From NCBI GenBank assembly GCA_038209365.1, contig JBBQXS010000013.1:28959-92958 (forward strand): a DNA stretch of 64,000 bases, read 5' to 3'. Below, piece after piece: positions 46,880 to 55,847 of this stretch. Below the pieces are notes generated by a model. It did no database searches. It had not been told where the DNA came from and saw only the letters and a list, made by a program, of their open reading frames with translations. Every line of letters starts with the position of its first letter. Positions within the stretch are counted from its first letter, which is position 1. A program made the translations under genes and the position numbers. This DNA is from Acidimicrobiia bacterium. Its GTDB lineage: Bacteria > Actinomycetota > Acidimicrobiia > IMCC26256 > PALSA-610.

Positions 46880-47695
46880 ATGGCCAGTACCAAGAAGGCC
46901 AAGGGGAAGCCGCCCACCAAGAAGGTGGCGCCGGCCAAGAAGGTCGCGAAATCGACCTCCAAGCACGCGACACCCGCGAAGAAGGCCGTCGGGGCGAAGA
47001 AGAAGGCCGCGTCGCCGAAAGCCGCCTCCCGGGCGAAGTCCGTGCCCGTGAAGAAGCCCGCGGCCAGGCCGAACGCGGCCAAGAGGCCGAACGGGGCCAA
47101 GAAAAAGGCCGCGCCGGCAGCGACGCCGAAGAAGGCGGCGCCGGCCAAGGTCTCGGTGGCGAAGAAGGCCGTGCCCCCGAAGAAGGCGACCGCCAAGAAG
47201 TCCCCTCCGAAGCCGGTGGCGCCGAAGCCCGCCCAGGCCGCCAAGGTCACCGCCAAGCCCGCCAAGGCCGTCAAGCCGGCGCCGCCGCCGAAGCCGCCGC
47301 CGCCGAAGAAGCTGCCGCCGCCGCTCGCGCCGAGCACGTTGGCGAAGCTGAAGGAGCGACTCGTCGAGGAGCGCGATCGGCACCTCCGGCAGGCCGAAGA
47401 GCTGCAAGCCGAGGCCGAGCAGCTCGCCAGCGAGCGCGAGCAGGGCGACACCCAGTTCGACGAGGAATCGGGCGAAGGCGACACCGTCAGCGTCGAGCGC
47501 GAGCGCGACCTCGCCTTGTCGGCGAGTGCGCGCCAAACCGTCGACGACATCGAGCGCGCGCTGCAACGGATGCCCAAGGGCACCTACGGACTGTGCGTGA
47601 CGTGCGGTGACCGGATCCCGGTCGCGCGTCTCGAGGTCATCCCGTGGGCTGAGCAGTGCGTGAAGTGCAAGGCCCGTGGCGAACGGCGGCGCTAG
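46880..47695 (+). CDS. DksA/TraR C4 zinc-finger protein with N-terminal Lys/Ala/Pro-rich histone-H1-like domain
   Basis: ATG 46880 with SD GGAGAG. About 150 aa of AKKA/PKK repeats, then a coiled coil, then CVTC-N17-CVKC. Confidence 0.8.
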   Translation: MASTKKAKGKPPTKKVAPAKKVAKSTSKHATPAKKAVGAKKKAASPKAASRAKSVPVKKPAARPNAAKRPNGAKKKAAPAATPKKAAPAKVSVAKKAVPPKKATAKKSPPKPVAPKPAQAAKVTAKPAKAVKPAPPPKPPPPKKLPPPLAPSTLAKLKERLVEERDRHLRQAEELQAEAEQLASEREQGDTQFDEESGEGDTVSVERERDLALSASARQTVDDIERALQRMPKGTYGLCVTCGDRIPVARLEVIPWAEQCVKCKARGERRR

Positions 47696-48173
47696 CGCGA
47701 CCAAATCGCAGGTACGCGCGCGTCCCGTATGGGTCGTCGTCGCGATCGGCACGCTCGTCGCGGTCGACCAGCTGACCAAGGCGTGGGCGGTGGCGGCACT
47801 GGCCGACGGTCCCACACGGGTGTTCGGCGACACGGTGAAGCTCGAGCTCGCGCGCAACTCCGGGAGCGCGTTCAGTCGCTTCCAGGGATACACACCCGTC
47901 CTCGCCATCCTCGCGATCGTGATCACGACGCTGATCGCGCGCGCGGTACGCCATGCGTCCGACCGCTGGATGATCATCGGGCTCGTGCTCGTACTCGGGG
48001 GCGCGCTGGGCAACCTCACGGATCGATTGGCGCGGTCACCGGGCTTCCTCCGCGGATACGTGGTCGACTTCATCGCGGTCGGATGGTGGCCGCTGTTCAA
48101 CGTCGCCGACTCCTGTGTGACCGTCGGCGCGATCGTGCTCGTCGTACGGACGATGTTCGCCCGCGACCCGTGA
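47676..48173 (+). CDS. lspA: Lipoprotein signal peptidase II
   Basis: VAVDQLTK, NSGSAFS, GGALGNLTDR, VVDFI, FNVAD motifs. Confidence 0.9.
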   Translation: MANGGASATKSQVRARPVWVVVAIGTLVAVDQLTKAWAVAALADGPTRVFGDTVKLELARNSGSAFSRFQGYTPVLAILAIVITTLIARAVRHASDRWMIIGLVLVLGGALGNLTDRLARSPGFLRGYVVDFIAVGWWPLFNVADSCVTVGAIVLVVRTMFARDP

Positions 48174-49096
48174 CCGAGTCCTTCGTCGTGCCGGCCGCGC
48201 TCGAGGGTGAGCGCCTCGACCGGGCGGTGGCGCTGCTCACGGGCTGGCCGCGAGCCGCGGTCCAGACGCTGCTCGACGACGGAAGCGTGCTCGTCGACGG
48301 GCGCGCAATCGCGAAGAGTCACCGGCTGCACGAGGGCGCGGTCATCGAGTTGCTCGCGGAGCCGGAGGCCGACGCGCCACCCGTTGCCGATCCGGCCGTC
48401 GAGCTCGACGTGCGCTACGCCGACGACGATGTGGTGGTCGTCCACAAGCCGGCCGACCTCGTCGTGCATCCGGGTGCAGGCCACGCGCGCGGCACGCTGG
48501 TCAACGGGTTGCTCGCCCGGTTCCCCGACATCGCGGCCGTCGGTGATCCGATGCGGCCGGGCATCGTGCACCGGCTCGACCGCGATACCAGCGGGCTGCT
48601 CGTCGCGGCCCGGTCTGCCCGGGCGTACGACGCGCTGGTGACCGCGCTCGCCGCGCACGAGATCGAGCGCAGGTATCTCGCGCTCGTGTGGGGCCGGCTC
48701 GCGTCGCCGCGTGGGCTCATCGACGCGCCGATCGGAAGGTCGGAGTCACGGCGCACCCGCATGGCCGTGCGCGAGGCCGGCAAACCCGCGCGCACGGAGT
48801 ACGAGGTACGTGCCGTGTACGACGATCCCGTCTGCTCCCTGCTCGCGTGCAGGCTCGAGACCGGGCGCACACATCAGATTCGCGTGCATCTCGCAGCGAT
48901 CGGACACCCGGTTGCGGGCGACGGGACCTACGGCGGCGCGCGGGACCAGCTCCCATTGGACCGCCCGTTCCTCCACGCGGCCGTCCTTGCGTTCACGCAC
49001 CCGGTGACCGCCGAGCAGCTGCGATTCGACGAGGCACTCCCCATCGAGCTGCAGACGGTGCTCGATCGCCTGGGCGCGCGCGACGCGCCGGGCTGA
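48170..49096 (+). CDS. rluD: RluA-family 23S rRNA pseudouridine synthase (RluD-like)
   Basis: GTGA overlap with lspA. S4-like N-terminus, HRLDRDTSGLL, GRTHQIRVH. Confidence 0.9.
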   Translation: MTESFVVPAALEGERLDRAVALLTGWPRAAVQTLLDDGSVLVDGRAIAKSHRLHEGAVIELLAEPEADAPPVADPAVELDVRYADDDVVVVHKPADLVVHPGAGHARGTLVNGLLARFPDIAAVGDPMRPGIVHRLDRDTSGLLVAARSARAYDALVTALAAHEIERRYLALVWGRLASPRGLIDAPIGRSESRRTRMAVREAGKPARTEYEVRAVYDDPVCSLLACRLETGRTHQIRVHLAAIGHPVAGDGTYGGARDQLPLDRPFLHAAVLAFTHPVTAEQLRFDEALPIELQTVLDRLGARDAPG

Positions 49097-49099
49097 CGA

Positions 49100-49531
49100 T
49101 CAGCGCACGCCGGGCGGCACTGCTTCGGGGTGCCCGACGCGTGTGCGTTCGACGAGGTCTCGAAGCGTCACCCGGTCGAGGACATGGCGCGTCTCTTCGT
49201 CGACGCCGACCCAGACCTCTTGCAGCACGCAGTGCCCTTCGCAATGGTCCGGGTGCTCTTGCATCGGCAACTGCGGACCTTCGACGGCAGCAACGATCTG
49301 GGCCAGCGTGATCTCCTCGGGCGCGCGGGCCAGCACGTAGCCGCCACCGACACCACGCTTGGAATGCACGAGGCCGGCGCCCTTCACGGAGAGCAGGATC
49401 TGCTCGAGATACGGCTGCGGCAGGTGTGTCCGCTCGGCGATCTCCTTCACCGATGTCGGCCGGTTGCTCCCGTGCAGCGCCAGGGACAGCAGCGCACGAG
49501 CCGCGTAGTCGCCGCGCGTCGAGACCTTCAT
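49100..49531 (-). CDS. Rrf2 family transcriptional regulator
   Basis: MKVSTRGDYAARALLSLA, winged HTH, SKRGVGGGYVLA. Only two Cys (HCEGHC). ATG at 49531. Confidence 0.85.
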   Translation of the reverse strand: MKVSTRGDYAARALLSLALHGSNRPTSVKEIAERTHLPQPYLEQILLSVKGAGLVHSKRGVGGGYVLARAPEEITLAQIVAAVEGPQLPMQEHPDHCEGHCVLQEVWVGVDEETRHVLDRVTLRDLVERTRVGHPEAVPPGVR

Positions 49532-49652
49532 GTGTCCATCGTCGCGCACGATCGGATCGAGTGACGTCCGACGACGCGTTTCTCCCCTTCCTGCCTGCCC
49601 GCCTGCGCGTGGCTCCGTGGCGCTTCCCGGCCCAAGACCTACGCTTGCGCGG

Positions 49653-50762
49653 ATGACTTCCGGTCTCGCGGGTGCGGTCGTCCCGGCGCTCGACGGTGCG
49701 TCCGTGGCGGGCCTGGTCCCCGCACTGCTCGGTGCCCGCGACGCATCCTGGCTCCCCGCCGTCGTACAAGATGCAGACCAGGTCGTGCTCTTGGTCCTCG
49801 ACGGTCTCGGGTGGCGCGCCATCGAGGAGCACCGAGCGCGCATGCCGACGCTCGCGGCCATGGAGGGAGGACCGATCACCACGGTCCTGCCTGCGACCAC
49901 CGCGACCGCGCTCACGTCGATCGCCACCGGCCTCGCGCCCGCCCAGCACGGCATCGTGGGTTACCGGATGCTCGTCGGGCAGCACGTGCTGAACGTGCTG
50001 CGTTGGTCGGTGGACGCCGGTGGCCGCCCGCCCGATCCGTTCGACGTGCAGCGACATACCGCGTTCCTCGGGCGGTCCGTTCCGGTCGTCACGCGCGCCG
50101 AGTTCCGCAACAGTGGCTTCACCCAAGCCCACTTGCGCGGGTCGCGGTTCGTCGGCTGGCACACGAACGCCACGCTGATCGAACACACCGTGCGCTGCGT
50201 CGAAGAAGGCGAGCGACTGGTCTACGCGTACTACCCCGGCGTCGACACCGTGGCGCACGAGTTCGGTCTGCACGATCGTGTGTACCGCCGGGAGCTCGCG
50301 GACGCCGACCGGATCGTCGCCGACCTTCGCGAGGCACTTCCCTCCCATACGGCGTTGCTCGTCACCTCGGATCACGGGCAAGTCCATCTCGCACGAGATG
50401 CATGGTTGACGCTGCCCGAGGTGGCGTCGCGCTGCGCGGCAATGGCCGGCGACGGCCGCTTTCGGTACTGCTACGCGCACAAGGGCGCGGCGCGCGAGCT
50501 GCTCGCCGTCGCGCGCGAAGCGGTCGGCGAGCGGGCGTGGGTCTGGTCACGCGCCGAGCTGCTCGACCAGCAACTGCTCGGCGAGGGTGCGACCGGAACC
50601 GTCCCCAGTCGTATCGGTGACGTGGTGCTCGCGGCACGAGACGACGTGGCCTTCGTCGACCCCGCGCTCCCGAACGAGCCGCAGCTGCGCTCCGGCCACG
50701 GGTCGCTAACTGCCGACGAGATGCTCGTGCCGATGCTCGCGGCGCGCGGCGGCTCGCGGTGA
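49653..50762 (+). CDS. Alkaline-phosphatase-superfamily protein (nucleotide pyrophosphatase/phosphodiesterase-like)
   Basis: VLLVLDGLGW, PATTATALTSIATG, and VTSDHGQ metal-site motifs. ATG at 49653. Confidence 0.7.
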   Translation: MTSGLAGAVVPALDGASVAGLVPALLGARDASWLPAVVQDADQVVLLVLDGLGWRAIEEHRARMPTLAAMEGGPITTVLPATTATALTSIATGLAPAQHGIVGYRMLVGQHVLNVLRWSVDAGGRPPDPFDVQRHTAFLGRSVPVVTRAEFRNSGFTQAHLRGSRFVGWHTNATLIEHTVRCVEEGERLVYAYYPGVDTVAHEFGLHDRVYRRELADADRIVADLREALPSHTALLVTSDHGQVHLARDAWLTLPEVASRCAAMAGDGRFRYCYAHKGAARELLAVAREAVGERAWVWSRAELLDQQLLGEGATGTVPSRIGDVVLAARDDVAFVDPALPNEPQLRSGHGSLTADEMLVPMLAARGGSR

Positions 50763-51244
50763 GCGATCTCGGCGCTCGCGCCGATGAGCGCGCCATGCTC
50801 AACGGCTTCCTCGACTGGCACCGTGCCGTCGTCGCGCGCAAGGTCGAAGACCTCACGCTCGACGACGCGACGCGCGTCATGACGCCCACGGGACTCAGTC
50901 CGCTGAGCGTCGTCGCGCACCTGGCCGCCGTCGAGCACGGGTGGTTCGACGAGACGTTCCTCGGCAACCCGGTACGTCAGGATCTCGACGATCACGGTGA
51001 GTTCCGGTTGCACGACGGCGACACCGTAGCGTCGGTCGTCGACGAGTATGCCGAAGCGTGCGCGCACTCCCGGAACGTCGTCGCCGGAGCCGCGACCCTC
51101 GAAGACCTGAGCGCGCTCGACACCCCGCTCCGCGGCCGCGTCAAGCTGCGCTGGATCCTGGTGCACATGATCGAGGAAACCGCGCGGCACGCAGGGCACC
51201 TCGACCTGATGCGCGAGCAGATCGACGGCCGCACGGGGGACTGA
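50759..51244 (+). CDS. DinB-family (DUF664 / mycothiol-transferase-like) protein
   Basis: 161 aa. Four-helix DinB fold signature, with HMIEETARHAGHLDLMRE near the C-terminus. Confidence 0.75.
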   Translation: MSDLGARADERAMLNGFLDWHRAVVARKVEDLTLDDATRVMTPTGLSPLSVVAHLAAVEHGWFDETFLGNPVRQDLDDHGEFRLHDGDTVASVVDEYAEACAHSRNVVAGAATLEDLSALDTPLRGRVKLRWILVHMIEETARHAGHLDLMREQIDGRTGD

Positions 51245-51261
51245 GCCCCCGAGCTGGTCGC

Positions 51262-51290
51262 TTGCCGCGACCTCCTCCGCGGCATATCCT
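51262..51290 (+). promoter_or_regulatory. Candidate dnaE promoter
   Basis: TTGCCG (51262-51267), 17-nt spacer, TATCCT (51285-51290; TANNNT). Confidence 0.3.
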
Positions 51291-51291
51291 C

Positions 51292-51344
51292 GAATCACAG
51301 GCGTGTGATTCTCCACAGGTTCACCCACAGGTTCATCCACAGGG
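51292..51344 (+). promoter_or_regulatory. Palindrome plus 12-bp-phased CCACAGG (DnaA-box-like) repeat array upstream of dnaE
   Basis: GAATCACA-ggcg-TGTGATTC (51292-51311), then tCCACAGGTTCA cCCACAGGTTCA tCCACAGGG. TTCTCCACA is at 51309-51317. Confidence 0.4.
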
Positions 51345-51362
51345 CCCGGGGACGTAGGCGGA

Positions 51363-54300
51363 GTGAGCGTGGGCGATTCGTTCGTACATCTGCATCTGCA
51401 CACCGAGTACTCGATGCTCGACGGTGCGTCGCGGATCGGGGAGGTCGTCGCGGCGGCGGCGGCCGACGGCCAGCCCGCAGTGGGGATCACGGACCACGGC
51501 AACATGTACGGCGCGCTGCCCATGTACGAGGCCGCGCACAAGGCCGGCGTCAAGCCCGTCCTCGGCATGGAGGGCTACTTCACGAACACGTCGCGCTTCG
51601 ACCGCCCGAAGCGCAGCGAGCACGAGATCTTCCATCTCACGATGCTCGCCGAGACCAACGAGGGTTACCGCAATCTCATCAAGATCGCGAGCAGCGCCTA
51701 CCTCGACGGCTACTACTACAAGCCGCGCAGCGACTGGGAGCTGCTCGAGCGGCATCACGCCGGCGTCACCGCGACGACCGGCTGCCTCGGCGGGCTGGTC
51801 TCGCAGCTGATCCTGAAGGGCGAAGCGGAGGCCGCGCTCGAAGCCGCGGGGCGTTTCCAGGACATCTTCGGCCGCGAGCACTTCTTCGTCGAGCTGCAGG
51901 ATCACGGCCAGGACGACGACGCCACGGTGCTGCGCCCCCTGCTCGACATCGCGCGCAAGTTGTCGGCGCCGCTGCTCGCGACGAACGACAGCCACTACAC
52001 GCACAAGGAAGATGCAGAGGCGCACGACGCGCTGCTCTGCGTGCAGACCGGAGCGCTGCAGAGCGAGCCCAACCGCCTCAAGTTCGACGGGAACGACTTC
52101 TACATCAAGAGCGCGGCCGAGATGCGCCACGTGTTCCGCGAAGCACCCGAGGCGTGTGACAACACATTGCTGATCGCCGAACGAGCGGAGGTCGAGCTCG
52201 AGTTCAACCAGGCGGTGTTGCCGGCGTTCCCGGTGCCCGAGGGCTACGACGAGAACTCTTATCTGCGCGAGCTCACGATCCACGGCGCGAAGGAGCGTTA
52301 CGACGGTTCGCCCCCGCAGCATGTGCTCGAGCGCATCGAGTACGAGCTCGGCGTCATCACGTCGATGGGCTTCCCTGCGTACTTCCTCGTCGTCTGGGAT
52401 CTCGTGCGGTATGCCAAATCCCGTGGCATCCGCGTCGGGCCCGGCCGGGGGAGCGCCGCCGGGTCGTGTGTTGCGTACTGCCTGCGCATCGTCGACATCG
52501 ATCCGATCAAGTACGACCTGCTGTTCGAGCGGTTCCTCAACCCGGGCCGCAAGCAGATGCCCGACATCGACATGGACTTCGACTCGCGTTACCGGGGCGA
52601 GATGATTCGCTACGCGGCGCAGAAATACGGGCACGACCACGTCGCGCAGGTGATCACGTTCTCGACGATCAAGGCCCGGGCCGCGGTTCGCGATGCGGCT
52701 CGCGTGCTCGGCTATCCGTACCTCATGGGCGACAAGATCGCGAAGCTGATGCCACCGCTGATCATGGGCCGCGACACGCCATTGCACGCGTGCCTCGAGA
52801 AGAACGAGAAGTACGGGGACGGCTACAAGATGGCGACCGAGCTCCGCCAGCTCTACGAGGTCGATCCCGACGCGCGGCGCGTCATCGACGTCGCTCGTGG
52901 TCTCGAGGGCTTGCGCCGCCAGGACGGGATCCACGCGGCCGCCGTGGTCATCGCGCGCGAGCCGCTCACCGAGTACCTGCCGATCCAGCGCAAGCCCGAG
53001 CCGGGCACCGCCAAAGAGGACGCACCGATCGTCACGCAGTACGAGATGCACGGGGTCGAGGATCTCGGGCTGCTGAAGATGGACTTCCTCGGCCTCCGCA
53101 ACCTCGACGCCATGGAGATCGCGCTCAACCTCATCGAGGCGTCGACGGGTGTCCGGCCCGACATCGACGACCTGCCGCTCGACGACGTCAAGACCTTCGA
53201 GCTCCTCCGGCACGCCGACACGATCGGTGTCTTCCAACTCGAAGGCGGGCCGATGCGCGCGCTGCTGCGCGCGATGGCACCCACGACCTTCGAGCACGTC
53301 TCCGCCGTCCTCGCGCTGTATCGCCCGGGCCCGATGGCGCAGAACTGGCACACGGAGTACGCCGAGCGCAAGAACGGGCGCCGGCCGGTCAGCTTCGACC
53401 ACCCCGATCTCGAGGAGATCCTCGGACCCACCTACGGGCTGATGATCTACCAAGAGCAGCTGATGCGCGTGGCGCAGAAGCTCGCCGGCTACACGCTCGA
53501 AGAGGCCGACAACCTCCGCAAGGCAACCGGCAAGAAGATCCGCGCGCTGATCAAGAAGGAACGCGCGAAGTTCGTCGACGGGTGCGTGCGAAACGGCCAC
53601 TCCAAGGAGTTCGCCGAGAGCTACTTCGACAAGATCGAGCCGTTCGCCGACTACTCGTTCAACAAGTCGCACACCGTCGGCTACGGCTACATCACGTACC
53701 AGACCGCGTGGCTCAAGGCCAACTACCCGGTGCAGTACCTCGCGGCGCTGCTGACGAGCGTGAAGACGAACCTCGACCGCGCCGCCGTGTACTTGAACGA
53801 ATGCCGCCAGCTCGAGATCCCTGTGCTCGTACCCGACGTCAACGCGTCGCAGAGCGACTTCGCGTGTGAGTCTCGTTCCATCCGCTTCGGGCTGTCCGCG
53901 GTGCGGAACGTCGGCGAGGGCGTCGCGACATTGTTGATCGAAGAGCGCAATGCCGGCGGGCCATACACCGACTTCCACGACTTCTGCGGGCGCGTCGAGC
54001 CTTCCGTCCTCAACAAGCGCACGATCGAGTCGCTGATCAACGGGGGCGCCTTCGATTCCCTCGGCCACCCGCGTAAAGGCCTGCTGATGGTGTTCGAGCA
54101 GATCGTCGACACCGCGCTGCGGCGCCGGCGCGAACGTGACGCGGGCACGATGAGCCTCTTCGAGAGTGCCGGTGTCGACGATGCCACCGACGCGCTCGTG
54201 TTCGACGACCGTCTTCCGATCCCCGACGTCGAGTTCGACAAGAACGAGCGACTGCGCGCCGAGAAGGAGATGCTCGGGCTCTACGTGAGTGACCACCCGC

Positions 54301-54860
54301 TGATGGGTGCGGAGCGGGCTCTGCGCCGCCTCGTCGACTGCTCGGTCGCCGAGCTGGCAGACCTCGACGACGGCGCGATGCGAACGGTCGCGGGCGTCGT
54401 CACCGCGTTGCAACGCAAGTACACCAAGCGCGGTGACCTGATGGCGACGTTCGTGCTCGAGGATCTCGCGGCCGCGATCGAGGTCATGGTGTTCCCGAAG
54501 TCGATGTTGCAGTACGGCGACCTTCTCGGCCCCGACGCAATCGTCACCGTCAAGGGCCGGGTCGACGGGCGCGAGGACTCGCCGAAGCTCATCGCGATGG
54601 AGGTGACCAGGCCCGAGGTGCATGTGGACAGCGGACCGCCCGTTCGGGTGCGGGTGAAGGTCGGCGCGCTCGACGGCGAACGGGTCGCCAAGCTGAAGGC
54701 GATCCTCGCCGCGCACCAGGGCGACAGTCCCGTGCTGGTGCACCTGGCCGGTCCCGACAAGGAGACCGTGCTTCGCCTGGGTGACGAGTTCCGCTGCGAC
54801 GCCCGCAACGGCCTCTTCGCCGAACTCCGCATCCTCTTCGGCGCCGACTGCATCGGATAA
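51363..54860 (+). CDS. dnaE: DNA polymerase III alpha subunit (DnaE1)
   Basis: PHP domain FVHLHLHTEYSMLDG, full-length pol IIIa core, and OB fold. GTG 51369 has the better SD spacing (alternative start). Confidence 0.95.
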   Translation: MSVGDSFVHLHLHTEYSMLDGASRIGEVVAAAAADGQPAVGITDHGNMYGALPMYEAAHKAGVKPVLGMEGYFTNTSRFDRPKRSEHEIFHLTMLAETNEGYRNLIKIASSAYLDGYYYKPRSDWELLERHHAGVTATTGCLGGLVSQLILKGEAEAALEAAGRFQDIFGREHFFVELQDHGQDDDATVLRPLLDIARKLSAPLLATNDSHYTHKEDAEAHDALLCVQTGALQSEPNRLKFDGNDFYIKSAAEMRHVFREAPEACDNTLLIAERAEVELEFNQAVLPAFPVPEGYDENSYLRELTIHGAKERYDGSPPQHVLERIEYELGVITSMGFPAYFLVVWDLVRYAKSRGIRVGPGRGSAAGSCVAYCLRIVDIDPIKYDLLFERFLNPGRKQMPDIDMDFDSRYRGEMIRYAAQKYGHDHVAQVITFSTIKARAAVRDAARVLGYPYLMGDKIAKLMPPLIMGRDTPLHACLEKNEKYGDGYKMATELRQLYEVDPDARRVIDVARGLEGLRRQDGIHAAAVVIAREPLTEYLPIQRKPEPGTAKEDAPIVTQYEMHGVEDLGLLKMDFLGLRNLDAMEIALNLIEASTGVRPDIDDLPLDDVKTFELLRHADTIGVFQLEGGPMRALLRAMAPTTFEHVSAVLALYRPGPMAQNWHTEYAERKNGRRPVSFDHPDLEEILGPTYGLMIYQEQLMRVAQKLAGYTLEEADNLRKATGKKIRALIKKERAKFVDGCVRNGHSKEFAESYFDKIEPFADYSFNKSHTVGYGYITYQTAWLKANYPVQYLAALLTSVKTNLDRAAVYLNECRQLEIPVLVPDVNASQSDFACESRSIRFGLSAVRNVGEGVATLLIEERNAGGPYTDFHDFCGRVEPSVLNKRTIESLINGGAFDSLGHPRKGLLMVFEQIVDTALRRRRERDAGTMSLFESAGVDDATDALVFDDRLPIPDVEFDKNERLRAEKEMLGLYVSDHPLMGAERALRRLVDCSVAELADLDDGAMRTVAGVVTALQRKYTKRGDLMATFVLEDLAAAIEVMVFPKSMLQYGDLLGPDAIVTVKGRVDGREDSPKLIAMEVTRPEVHVDSGPPVRVRVKVGALDGERVAKLKAILAAHQGDSPVLVHLAGPDKETVLRLGDEFRCDARNGLFAELRILFGADCIG

Positions 54861-54861
54861 C

Positions 54862-54966
54862 CGTCCAACATGTTTGGACGCTCAGCCCGCCTGTGGCGGG
54901 CTACGCGTCCAATCTGATTGGAGCACCAGCCCGCCTGTGGCGGGCGACGCGTCCAATCTGATCGGT
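54862..54966. repeat. About 2.4 tandem copies of a 44-nt hairpin-forming unit between convergent genes (probable bidirectional terminators)
   Basis: CGTCCAA-N5-TTGGA...CAGCCCGCC-tgt-GGCGGGC unit. The 39-nt cores at 54883-54921 and 54927-54965 differ at 2 positions. TTGGACGC...GCGTCCAA (54874-54912) forms an 18-bp stem with a 2-nt internal mismatch. Confidence 0.6.
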
Positions 54967-54969
54967 CAT

Positions 54970-55827
54970 CTACGCGTGCGCCATGACGGTCTCGGCGAAT
55001 TTGCCGAGGTTCGTGCGCAAGGTCCCGAGGTCGAAGCCGAGCGGCGGGACGATGTAGCGCGCCACACCCAAGTCCGCGGCTTTCTTCACGGCATCGAGAT
55101 CGAGGGCGCCCCCGGACGTGATCTCGATCGCGTCGGGGCTGCGACCCGCGTCGGCCGCGGCGCTGCGCATCTCGTCGAGCAGTGCGGCGAGCTCGTTGCC
55201 GGCGCGGCCGGGGAAGAAGCCATCGCCGATGCGGCCGGCGCGGCGTGCCGCGGCATTGGTGTGCCCACCGATGTGGATCGGCGGTCCGTCTGCGGACGAC
55301 GGCTTCGGGAACGATTTCAACGCGGCGAAGTGCGTGAACGCGCCGTCGTACGCGGTCTCGGGCTCCCGCCACAAGCGACGCAGCACGTCGATGTACTCAT
55401 CGGTGCGTGCGCCGCGACGTTCGAACGGCACACCGAGCGCGTCGAATTCTTCTCGGAGCCAACCGACGCCCACGCCGAGATCGAGCCGGCCGCCTGTGAG
55501 GCGGTCGAGCGTCGCGAGCTCCTTGGCGAGGATCACCGGATTGCGCTGCGGCAGGATCAGGATGCCGGTCGCCAAGCGCAGACGTGTCGTCGCGGCGCCG
55601 ACGTACGCGAGCCAGATCAATGGATCGGGGATCGGTACGTCCTCGCCCCCGGGCATCCGTCCGTCGGCGGAGTACGGATATGCCGACTCGTAACCAGAGG
55701 GGACGGCCACGTGCTCGACCGTCCATACCGATTCGAAGTCGAGCTCTTCGGCGAGTTTCGCGAGCCCGACCGCGTTCTCGGGTTCGGAGAACGGGCCCGC
55801 GTTGGCGAACATGAGACCGAATTTCAT
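54970..55827 (-). CDS. LLM-class F420-dependent oxidoreductase (luciferase-like)
   Basis: MKFGLMF..., ESVWTVEH, and a TIM-barrel LLM sequence. ATG 55827 with SD GGAGGA. Confidence 0.8.
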   Translation of the reverse strand: MKFGLMFANAGPFSEPENAVGLAKLAEELDFESVWTVEHVAVPSGYESAYPYSADGRMPGGEDVPIPDPLIWLAYVGAATTRLRLATGILILPQRNPVILAKELATLDRLTGGRLDLGVGVGWLREEFDALGVPFERRGARTDEYIDVLRRLWREPETAYDGAFTHFAALKSFPKPSSADGPPIHIGGHTNAAARRAGRIGDGFFPGRAGNELAALLDEMRSAAADAGRSPDAIEITSGGALDLDAVKKAADLGVARYIVPPLGFDLGTLRTNLGKFAETVMAHA

Positions 55828-55847
55828 AGATGAGTATCCTCCCACGA

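Noticed and set aside
51333-54743. 1136-aa ORF on the minus strand, antisense to dnaE. Similar cases: 42606..44996 (+) antisense to ileS; 19739..21736 and 20079..21947 (+) antisense to the coiled-coil gene; the upstream 500 aa of 5473..7395 (-); 46501..47583 and 46643..48658 (-).
   Set aside because: The translations are Arg/Pro/Gly/Ala-rich low-complexity strings with no motifs. The opposite strand encodes unmistakable conserved proteins. Long antisense ORFs are expected in ~70% GC DNA because stop codons are AT-rich.
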